Positions 28,420 to 35,828 of a stretch of DNA of 64,000 bases are shown in pieces; position 1 is the first letter of the stretch; every line of letters begins with the position of its first letter. The translations under genes were made by a program, and so were the position numbers. The stretch is from an uncultured Lachnospiraceae bacterium (GTDB taxonomy: Bacteria; Bacillota; Clostridia; Lachnospirales; Lachnospiraceae), in assembly GCA_910584325.1 (NCBI GenBank), contig CAJTZH010000001.1, positions 12,328 to 76,327 of the forward strand, read 5' to 3'. The notes under the pieces are model-generated. The model had not been told where the DNA came from. It ran no database searches and saw only the letters and a list, made by a program, of their open reading frames with translations.

Positions 28420-29490
28420 TTACAGATATTCCGTCTTACCCTGTCCCTTTAGCTCGTCCACAATTTTCTTTACATCCTGAACCCTGTCCTTACTGCAGAC
28501 CATAATGCTGTCCGCCGTCTCGACAACCACAATATTATCAAGTCCCAAAGTCGTTACAAGACGTCCGCTTGAAGAATACACAACGCTGTTTTTTGTATCG
28601 ATATTCACACAATTTCCCACAATAACATTACCGTTTGTGTCCTCGTCATGCATCACTTTGAGCATATCAAAACTTGCCACATCGTTCCAGCCGAATTCAC
28701 CCGGAACAACCATCACTTCGTCCGACTGCTCCATGATGCCGTAATCCACGGAAATGCTTTGAATCTGAGGATAAACATCATGAATCACATCATATTCCGA
28801 AGGCGTTCCCATTGCTTCCCCAATCTTTACAATATCCGCGTAAATCTCCGGGAGGAATTTCTCAAAATTCTTCAAAATAACGGACGCCTTCCAGATAAAC
28901 ATCCCGCTGTTCCACGCGTAGCTTCCTGAAGCTACATATTCTTTTGCCGTCTCCAGGTCCGGTTTTTCCTTAAATTCCTGTACTTTTTTAACGTCACCTT
29001 CGGACGCGGTATCATACTTAATATAACCATAGCCGGTAGAAGGGAACGTCGGGGTAATGCCTACTGTAACAAGATGCCCGGTAGATTCCGCTTCTTTGAC
29101 TGCTTTTGCCAAAATATTCGTAAATTCATCTTCGTCTTTTATAAACGCATCCGACGGCGTAATTACCATAACACCGTCGCCGTACTTTTTTATTATCTCC
29201 ATTGCCGCATAGCCGATACATGCCGCCGTATTTCTGGCAGACGGTTCCGCTAAAATATGGTCTTCACGTATTCTGCCTCTGGTTACTTCTTTCATTGCCG
29301 CCGCCTGCGTCTTATTCGTCACAATAAATATATCATTCATATCGGCTGTTTTTGCCAAACGGTCAGCCGCTTCATTCACCATAATTTCCTTACCGCTTAA
29401 ATTCAGAAGCTGCTTTGGCCTCGCCTGTCTTGAAATCGGCCAGAATCTTGTTCCGCCGCCCCCTGCCATAATTACACCGTATACCTTCAT
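28420..29490 (-). CDS. manC: Mannose-1-phosphate guanylyltransferase (nucleotidyltransferase domain only)
   Basis: 356 aa; VIMAGGGGTRFWPISRQARPKQLL. No cupin/PMI domain. Confidence 0.85.
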   Translation of the reverse strand: MKVYGVIMAGGGGTRFWPISRQARPKQLLNLSGKEIMVNEAADRLAKTADMNDIFIVTNKTQAAAMKEVTRGRIREDHILAEPSARNTAACIGYAAMEIIKKYGDGVMVITPSDAFIKDEDEFTNILAKAVKEAESTGHLVTVGITPTFPSTGYGYIKYDTASEGDVKKVQEFKEKPDLETAKEYVASGSYAWNSGMFIWKASVILKNFEKFLPEIYADIVKIGEAMGTPSEYDVIHDVYPQIQSISVDYGIMEQSDEVMVVPGEFGWNDVASFDMLKVMHDEDTNGNVIVGNCVNIDTKNSVVYSSSGRLVTTLGLDNIVVVETADSIMVCSKDRVQDVKKIVDELKGQGKTEYL

Positions 29491-29563
29491 ATCACTCTGC
29501 CTCCATATTGTTTTATTTCAGACCCATTATTATCAGCCTGTACAGCCTTTTCCTAATTATATT

Positions 29564-29592
29564 ATTGTACTACAAAGTGAATTTTATGGCAA
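29564..29592 (-). promoter_or_regulatory. Candidate promoter for manC
   Basis: Minus strand: TTGCCA, a 17-nt spacer, TACAAT. It is back-to-back with the plus-strand promoter P1, 16 bp away. Confidence 0.5.
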
Positions 29593-29608
29593 TATAAGAA
29601 AATTCTTC

Positions 29609-29637
29609 TTGCTTTTCGAACATATGTTTGCTATTAT
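29609..29637 (+). promoter_or_regulatory. Promoter P1 with a LexA (SOS/Cheo) box in the spacer
   Basis: TTGCTT (-35), a 17-nt spacer, TATTAT (-10). The spacer holds CGAACATATGTTTG (29617-29630), 13/14 to the Firmicute LexA palindrome CGAACATATGTTCG. Confidence 0.7.
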
Positions 29638-29693
29638 TATTTTACGAAATCAACACCTATACTATCTACTATAAAACAGGGAGGGGTGATACT

Positions 29694-29861
29694 ATGGACA
29701 AACAAATTACAAGATGTCCATTATGCGGCAAACGCGCCTGCGATATTAAGGTTGAGAGCGAGACTGATAATCTGGATTTTTATGTTGAGTTAAAATGTCC
29801 CAACTGTAAAAACATTGTCAAGATTCAATACTCCCGCTGTATTTCATCCATCGCAAACTAA
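29694..29861 (+). CDS. Small zinc-ribbon protein, Com-like (two CxxC pairs)
   Basis: 55 aa from ATG 29694 after GGGAGGGG: MDKQITRCPLCGKRACDIKVESETDNLDFYVELKCPNCKNIVKIQYSRCISSIAN. The CPLC...CPNC architecture and length resemble phage Mu Com-type zinc fingers. Confidence 0.6.
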   Translation: MDKQITRCPLCGKRACDIKVESETDNLDFYVELKCPNCKNIVKIQYSRCISSIAN

Positions 29862-29942
29862 GCGGACGTGCATATAACATAAGGAAGCTTCGGCTCGATT
29901 TTTCTATATAAAAAACTATTTAAAATTTTTTTAAAAAAGGTG

Positions 29943-29971
29943 TTGACATTCGAACATATGTTTGTTATATT
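29943..29971 (+). promoter_or_regulatory. Promoter P2 with a LexA (SOS/Cheo) box in the spacer
   Basis: TTGACA (-35), a 17-nt spacer, TATATT (-10). The spacer holds the same CGAACATATGTTTG (29951-29964). The 16-nt TTCGAACATATGTTTG is identical to P1. Confidence 0.75.
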
Positions 29972-30084
29972 ATAAACATGAAATTTCACTTTGACATATC
30001 GATATGTTACTTTTGGACATTGAATGAATTGAACAATCATTATACAGAACGCTATCCAGCAACGGGTCTTATAAGACACCAAAT

Positions 30085-30139
30085 GGCGGAAGCAGGACAA
30101 TTCTCTACAGAATTTTCCATGCTTCCGCCTTTTCTGTTT
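30085..30139 (+). terminator. Strong intrinsic terminator inside the leader between P2 and the first large CDS (candidate attenuator)
   Basis: GGCGGAAGCAGGACAATTCT-CTAC-AGAATTTTCCATGCTTCCGCC (about 19 bp with two small bulges) followed by TTTTCTGTTTG. Confidence 0.75.
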
Positions 30140-30212
30140 GTCTGACATTCATTCAATTTCCTACCAACAATCAACAAACAAAAAATTATAAAAAGTAAAG
30201 GAGAACAAAACT

Positions 30213-30836
30213 ATGAACAATTACGAATTAGAAATTCAATTTACAGAGGACGCCTTAAAGGCAATTTACGCAGCAGGAGAAAAGATTATCATTACAAAGG
30301 AAGTTGCCGGAAGTAAGGGTAAGAGCGTATGTTGGGTTTCCACCCTTCCGTTCCTCAACAACTCCGTGAAATGGACCGAAGAATACATGCTCTACGCATC
30401 AAGGGAAGAGGCTATGAACGGCGCAACCATCAGCAAATTATCAGACGTGGACGCCATCTCGGAGGTTATTTACGACTTTGATAACGCCATCTTTGATAAT
30501 GCGCACACTTCTTCCGATGTCGGCAAAAACGAATACGGTCTGTCAAACCAGATGGACCAGTACAGCTACCTGACATTCGGCCTTGCCCAGAAGGTAACCG
30601 TAAACGGAGCTCGTACGGAAGGCAGACCAATCAACGCTGTTACGCTTCCATACAATCATACCGCAACATTCTCACCGATTGAAAAGGTGCGTGTATGTCT
30701 CGCAAATGACTTAAATAACGGCATGGTTATTACAAAGGAATTCAGCACTGCCATTGATGTTACTTACAGCGGCACGGAAACAAAGAAGACCATTGCGTAC
30801 GACAACACAAAAGGCATGTTTGTACCAATAGGCTAA
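30213..30836 (+). CDS. Hypothetical protein, 207 aa, no recognisable family
   Basis: Good SD (AAAGGAG, 9 nt, ATG). Hydrophilic and beta-rich-looking, with no signal peptide or TM. First CDS downstream of P2 and the leader. Confidence 0.65.
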   Translation: MNNYELEIQFTEDALKAIYAAGEKIIITKEVAGSKGKSVCWVSTLPFLNNSVKWTEEYMLYASREEAMNGATISKLSDVDAISEVIYDFDNAIFDNAHTSSDVGKNEYGLSNQMDQYSYLTFGLAQKVTVNGARTEGRPINAVTLPYNHTATFSPIEKVRVCLANDLNNGMVITKEFSTAIDVTYSGTETKKTIAYDNTKGMFVPIG

Positions 30837-30906
30837 GCCGCAGATATTTTCACAAATTATAAAAAGAAAGGAGGTGAATGCTGTACTTCGTACAGTACAG
30901 CGGCAT

Positions 30907-31164
30907 ATGAATTTTGACATTTTAGATACAGACCAAAATCTGATTCAGCTTAGATGCAATAATATCATTTATATGGGTAATATCGCCGGGAATAACAGAA
31001 GCTGGTATAAGCTCACCGGTAATGTTACGCAGAATGACCAAGCAGTCGTCCGGGCCATATATCAGCCTGCTTCATGGAGAGCCGGTACCCATCCGTTTAA
31101 TCCGGTTATCTCTGTAGATGTAAACCCGTTAGCAAACGGCGACGTTGATGTCTATATTGATTAA
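30907..31164 (+). CDS. Hypothetical protein, about 85 aa, no recognisable family (start uncertain)
   Basis: The frame is open from GTG 30874, which lies inside the SD; the first ATG is at 30907. No TM or signal peptide. The frame ends 32 nt before the GH25 start. Confidence 0.5.
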   Translation: MNFDILDTDQNLIQLRCNNIIYMGNIAGNNRSWYKLTGNVTQNDQAVVRAIYQPASWRAGTHPFNPVISVDVNPLANGDVDVYID

Positions 31165-31195
31165 TCGTTTCATTTTGAATGCGGGGGAGATAAAC

Positions 31196-31810
31196 ATGAG
31201 CAAAATAGGAATTGATGTTTCTTCATATCAGGGAAAAATTGATTGGGCAAAAGTAAAAGACAATGGAATCGAATTTGCAATTATCAAGATTATCCGAAAA
31301 GACTTATATCCGGATAATCAATTTGAAACCAATTGGAAAGGATGTAACGATTGCGGAATCACCATTCAGGGCGTATACAATTATAGTTATGCGGACTCGG
31401 TACAAAAGGCCGAAAATGACGCGAAAGAAGTGATTAAGATTCTGAATGGCAGGAAAGCAATGGTGTGGTTCGATTCGGAAGACGACTGTCAAAAAAATCT
31501 TGGTCCGAAACTGATATCCATTATCAATGCGTATGCAGCCGTTATTCTAAATGCAGGATTGCAGTTTGGCGTATACAGCGGAGAATGGTTTTACAAAACG
31601 TATATTCAATCCCAGGGCAGCCTGAATTACCCGGTATGGATTGCAAATTACGGAAATAACACCGGTAAATTAGAACCCGTGCATGAACCAGAAATTGCCG
31701 GAATGGTCGGATGGCAATACACTTCGATGGGAAAAGTAAATGGAATATCCGGAACTGTTGATATGAATATCTGGTATGATGATATACAAAACAGGAATCC
31801 TCAAAAATAA
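31196..31810 (+). CDS. GH25 muramidase (lysozyme), catalytic domain only
   Basis: MSKIGIDVSSYQGKIDWAKVKDNGIEFAIIKI...GVYNYSYA...WIANYG...GWQYTS is a GH25 signature. Start at ATG 31196 after GGGGGAG. No signal peptide and no cell-wall-binding module. Confidence 0.85.
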   Translation: MSKIGIDVSSYQGKIDWAKVKDNGIEFAIIKIIRKDLYPDNQFETNWKGCNDCGITIQGVYNYSYADSVQKAENDAKEVIKILNGRKAMVWFDSEDDCQKNLGPKLISIINAYAAVILNAGLQFGVYSGEWFYKTYIQSQGSLNYPVWIANYGNNTGKLEPVHEPEIAGMVGWQYTSMGKVNGISGTVDMNIWYDDIQNRNPQK

Positions 31811-31850
31811 CCGTTCATCCTGATTTTATGCAACATCAAAAAACAATTCA

Positions 31851-31883
31851 CGGGGTGCCGCAAAATTTATCTGCGGCACCCCG
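31851..31883. terminator. Bidirectional terminator closing the plus-strand island
   Basis: CGGGGTGCCGCA-AAATTTATC-TGCGGCACCCCG, a 12-bp GC-rich stem between convergent genes. Confidence 0.75.
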
Positions 31884-31891
31884 TAGTCTTA

Positions 31892-32667
31892 TTACACTAT
31901 TACTGTCCGTTTTCTATGCCTGAGTTTTTCAATCGGATACTCCACGATAAAATGACTTACCGTGGCGCACAAAATTGACAATACAATAAAAATAAGCCAT
32001 TCTCTAAAATTACCCGGCTGATGGCCGATTACATTCTGTATCACTGTTTTAACGGTAAAATGGCACAAATAAATGCCATAACTAATACTTCCCAGAAAAC
32101 TGTCAATTTTTCCTCTCTCAAAAGATTTCAAAAAATATATCAGAGGAAGTCCTAATACCACTCCCAAAAGTATCTCTTTGCTCTGCCCGTTAATTAATTT
32201 CCCGGTTGAACCCATATACAAAAACAACAAAAAGATTACAGAATACATGCCATAAAGAATCCTTTTTCCTTTACTCCATCTTTATACAGGTAAATTCCCA
32301 TAATAAAAATCCATAGCATTCCCAGCAGTAAGCCATACCCCCATACAGGACTTAAGTTTCCCCTTAATGTCAGGACATACAGTAAAAGCGAAACCGTAAA
32401 TAATAAAATATTGATATAGTTTTTCTTTTCCCGAAAAACGTGTAAAAAAGGAGCCGCGATATAATATGTCAGCTGCACGCCCATTGTCCATGCCGCCGGT
32501 ATTACTCTGCATGCATCCATTGCGGTTTGCAAACCGGTTGACAAAAATGTAAAATTCAAAGGCAGGAGCATCAAATTCAGCACAGTGCCCTGATTAACTC
32601 CCCAATAAAAAATCCCACTATGTGATAGCGCAACCATTATAGATAATACGAATCTGTATATTCCCAT
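31892..32667 (-). pseudogene. Acyltransferase-3 (OafA-like) family gene, frameshifted and shortened
   Basis: Two overlapping ORFs in different frames (32236-32667 and 31892-32248). The first has AAWTMGVQLTYYIAAPFL; the second has LGSISYGIYLCHF, a C-terminal acyltransferase-3 motif. Combined length is about 260 aa against a typical 330-380. Confidence 0.6.
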
Positions 32668-32716
32668 TTTACTCCCTGCCGTACCCTTCCACCGCTATTA
32701 TAAATACTGCCTTTTC

Positions 32717-35700
32717 TTAATTTCCCGTTTCTACCCGGCGAATAATATTTTTTATAAAATCATATCCATTGCTTCCCGGCAAGAATACCCCGTTTGCATC
32801 CAGCTGTTTTGCAACACTATAAATGCTTTTTGAAACGGGCGGTCCATAGAGCAGATATCTCTCGCTTCCTTTACGCAGAATGATATACGACCGGAACGCA
32901 AACTCAGTTGCGTACTGTTCTCCCGGAAGATTCGTCAGGACAGACGCAAAGCGGTGTCTGCCATCCAAAGTTTCAATAATATTATCATTTACGACAGAAT
33001 TCTCCACCCAGTAGGAACGGCCGCTTGCGACCTTACCGCCTAACCATACAAATGGGTATATGCCGCGGTTTGCGTCCGCCATATACATCGTTCCGTACTC
33101 TTCCAAATAAAATCCGTCCACTCCGCCGCCAAGAAGTCTTGCCCGAAGTTCCGTATTAATACCTGATTTAAACCGAATGCCTGCCGGTTCCTTTATTCGA
33201 ATGGAAAAGCCATGATAACTCAGCAAATTCTCCAGTCCTCCGGCTGCTTCCGCCACATAATTCCCGTTCTCCATTTTCAAAAAATACACATACATTTGCT
33301 GCGGAATACCGGCTGCATCATAATTATATAATACTGCTGTTCTTGCGTTTGTATGCGGTATATTGAGGGAATACACCGTACCGTTCCTAACGGCCGTCGT
33401 CTCGGTTCCGTCAATATAAACTTTTGCATTGATATACTGTGCCGGCGCGTTCAACGTCAATGCATAATTCGACAGCGCTATATCTTTTTTCTTTACATAA
33501 GAAGCATCGACTCCCATTGCTTTTGTAACAGTGTAAATCGTATTATCCATACAGCACGATGCCAGCGCGAACAAACCGGTTCCCACGTCGTCACAGTAAA
33601 GATTAAAACCGGTTCCGCCTCCGCGCAGAACACATGCCTGATTTTTTACGGTATCCATATAAGTAAGATAAACTTCACCATCCAAAATATCCATTGACAC
33701 ATTAACATAATTATTCATTTGTGCGATATTCGTATCTTTCCAGTCTGCTCCGTCAAAAACGGATACCATAGGATTTTCTCCTGATTTACCCAAAAACGCG
33801 TATATTTTCCCATACGCAGCTTTAATGGAGTGAACATTTGTTGCAGTCATAGAATACGTTTTCAGCCTGCTCCACGTATTTTTACTGCTATCGTAAACGT
33901 CAATCACCGCATTGTTCTGCCCGGCTTGGGCAAAGAAATCCGAATACAACACATAAAATTTTGAACCGTTTTTGCACACGGATGGATTGCCAAAATCACG
34001 GAGCACCTTTTCTTCATTAACAACAACATTATTTTTTACGTCGAATATCATAAGTTTCTTGCTGTCCGAAGATATATTTTCCTGCCATACTGCATAAATA
34101 TTGTTACCATCTTCTATGAACTGCATACTCTGCACGTATGGTGCAGAAATATCCCTGACAACATTCCAGCTGCCGTTATTCAGGCGGCAGATTACACTAC
34201 GTCCGTTATCAGCCCTCTGGTATGCGAGATATAATTGATTTTCACTGATTGCGATACTAGGGAAAATTGCACCGGTAACAGCCCCCCCAAATTCCTCCCA
34301 TGCCGTGTTGTTCCATCTATACACCTGAACAGAAGTATTGACTCCGCTTCCTTTTGAATATGCCATATAAAGCGACTTACTGTTTTTATCTGCATATAAG
34401 ACAGCGTCGCCATACGTATTAAAATCAAACGCGCTTCCTAAATTTTCCCACAAATCCGCACTGTCGTAATTGGCAAATGTCACATTAAACGACAATTGAT
34501 TCCCATCAGCGGATAACTCTAAACCACTTATATAAATTCCGCTGTTTTTTCCATCAGAATAATATAGCGTATTATCTACAAACGTTTTTGATAAATCTGT
34601 GCTTCCATATTCGGTCTCGCCGTTTGTAACATCTAAAGCAGCTTTCTCAATTGCGCCTTTATCCTTTCCGGCTTCAGGGTCGGTTACGTCAGGACGGTAC
34701 ACGTAAATAAAATTCTGACCTCTAATATTGGTGTAGTCCTCGATTTTGGTATCTACCCTGTACATCAAAAGACCGCTGGAAGGAAGTCGATGTTCAAACG
34801 CATAAAGACTTGCATTTTTCTTGCGATATTCCAAAACAATCATTTCTGAATCAGATATCGGCGTTTTTAAAATAAAAACTTTATCTCCTCCGCTCTCTGA
34901 AACCGCCGTAAGCGTATAGCGGCCATCTGCGGAAATTTCTTTTGTGGAAATCCACCCCTGCTGAGCTCTCAGATACGACAACGGATATTGCAAAAAAGAA
35001 CTGTTGGTCGCCATCACATCCCAATCGCCGACCGGAACTCCGTCGTCCGTTCTGCGGTACAAATCGGGAAATCCCAGCACATGCAGAAACTCATGCGCAA
35101 TCACTCCCTGTGCCTGCTTCGCTCCGATAGACGCGTCATCCGTCACGAGGGCGGACGATGGAAGAAAGTTAAAATTAAATACACGGCATCCGTTAATTGT
35201 TTCCGTTCCGCTGTACTGCGCCTTATGGGGCCATAACAAATCACCCATGTTGTCACCAGGATTCCCCTGTACAACAATCGTAAGATTATCAACAATACCG
35301 TTTTGAATGTTATCCAGTTTGTACTGCGACAAGTCGAATGTATTTCCATCATTACAAATTTCTCCACGAGCCATAGCATTCAATACCTCGCCGACTATCG
35401 CACTGTCATTCGGATATGAACTTCTTTGAAGCTCATATGTATTGACTGCCGTACCTGCCGCATTTTCCTGTGGAAAAATATTTGTTACGCTTAACTTCTG
35501 TTCGGAAATAACAGATATATAATTCTGAAAAGAGTTATCATAATCTTTGCCGGTCTGAAAGTCATGCTGCACATTCGGTCCGTACATCCTTTTAATCTCA
35601 TCCCAGTTGCGTATCTTATAACCGGAATCCGTTTCCGCATTATAAATATCCCTGGTATCTCCGTTAAATTTAACGAAGATAACTACATTTGAAATATTCT

Positions 35701-35812
35701 GCGGTTCCTGTTCCTGTGCTGCTGCCTTTTGCGGCATACACATGAAAATATAACAAATACAAATCAAATACAAGCAAACCATACGTCTTCTAAAGATTTT
35801 CTTCACAAGCAT
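32717..35812 (-). CDS. Secreted zinc metalloprotease (M6/InhA-like HExxH domain) fused to a six-repeat beta-propeller-like region and a C-terminal domain
   Basis: 1031 aa. Signal peptide ending QKAAAQEQ. GVIAHEFLHVLGFPDLY. Six periodic repeats marked by LYMAY/LYLAY/IYAVW/FYVLY/IYAFL/VYLTY/IYTVT. Confidence 0.7.
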   Translation of the reverse strand: MLVKKIFRRRMVCLYLICICYIFMCMPQKAAAQEQEPQNISNVVIFVKFNGDTRDIYNAETDSGYKIRNWDEIKRMYGPNVQHDFQTGKDYDNSFQNYISVISEQKLSVTNIFPQENAAGTAVNTYELQRSSYPNDSAIVGEVLNAMARGEICNDGNTFDLSQYKLDNIQNGIVDNLTIVVQGNPGDNMGDLLWPHKAQYSGTETINGCRVFNFNFLPSSALVTDDASIGAKQAQGVIAHEFLHVLGFPDLYRRTDDGVPVGDWDVMATNSSFLQYPLSYLRAQQGWISTKEISADGRYTLTAVSESGGDKVFILKTPISDSEMIVLEYRKKNASLYAFEHRLPSSGLLMYRVDTKIEDYTNIRGQNFIYVYRPDVTDPEAGKDKGAIEKAALDVTNGETEYGSTDLSKTFVDNTLYYSDGKNSGIYISGLELSADGNQLSFNVTFANYDSADLWENLGSAFDFNTYGDAVLYADKNSKSLYMAYSKGSGVNTSVQVYRWNNTAWEEFGGAVTGAIFPSIAISENQLYLAYQRADNGRSVICRLNNGSWNVVRDISAPYVQSMQFIEDGNNIYAVWQENISSDSKKLMIFDVKNNVVVNEEKVLRDFGNPSVCKNGSKFYVLYSDFFAQAGQNNAVIDVYDSSKNTWSRLKTYSMTATNVHSIKAAYGKIYAFLGKSGENPMVSVFDGADWKDTNIAQMNNYVNVSMDILDGEVYLTYMDTVKNQACVLRGGGTGFNLYCDDVGTGLFALASCCMDNTIYTVTKAMGVDASYVKKKDIALSNYALTLNAPAQYINAKVYIDGTETTAVRNGTVYSLNIPHTNARTAVLYNYDAAGIPQQMYVYFLKMENGNYVAEAAGGLENLLSYHGFSIRIKEPAGIRFKSGINTELRARLLGGGVDGFYLEEYGTMYMADANRGIYPFVWLGGKVASGRSYWVENSVVNDNIIETLDGRHRFASVLTNLPGEQYATEFAFRSYIILRKGSERYLLYGPPVSKSIYSVAKQLDANGVFLPGSNGYDFIKNIIRRVETGN

Positions 35813-35828
35813 TCCTCCGTTTCTCTTT

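Noticed and set aside
29858-30148. 96-aa minus-strand ORF covering promoter P2 and the leader
   Set aside because: No SD, and a basic, Cys-rich junk-like sequence. It runs antisense across a consensus promoter and a terminator hairpin and is most likely an open frame by chance in AT-rich DNA.
29972-30212. Known riboswitch or T-box identity for the P2 leader
   Set aside because: I could not recognise a T-box sequence, specifier-loop arrangement, or conserved cores of common riboswitch classes. It is left as an unclassified structured leader in the findings.
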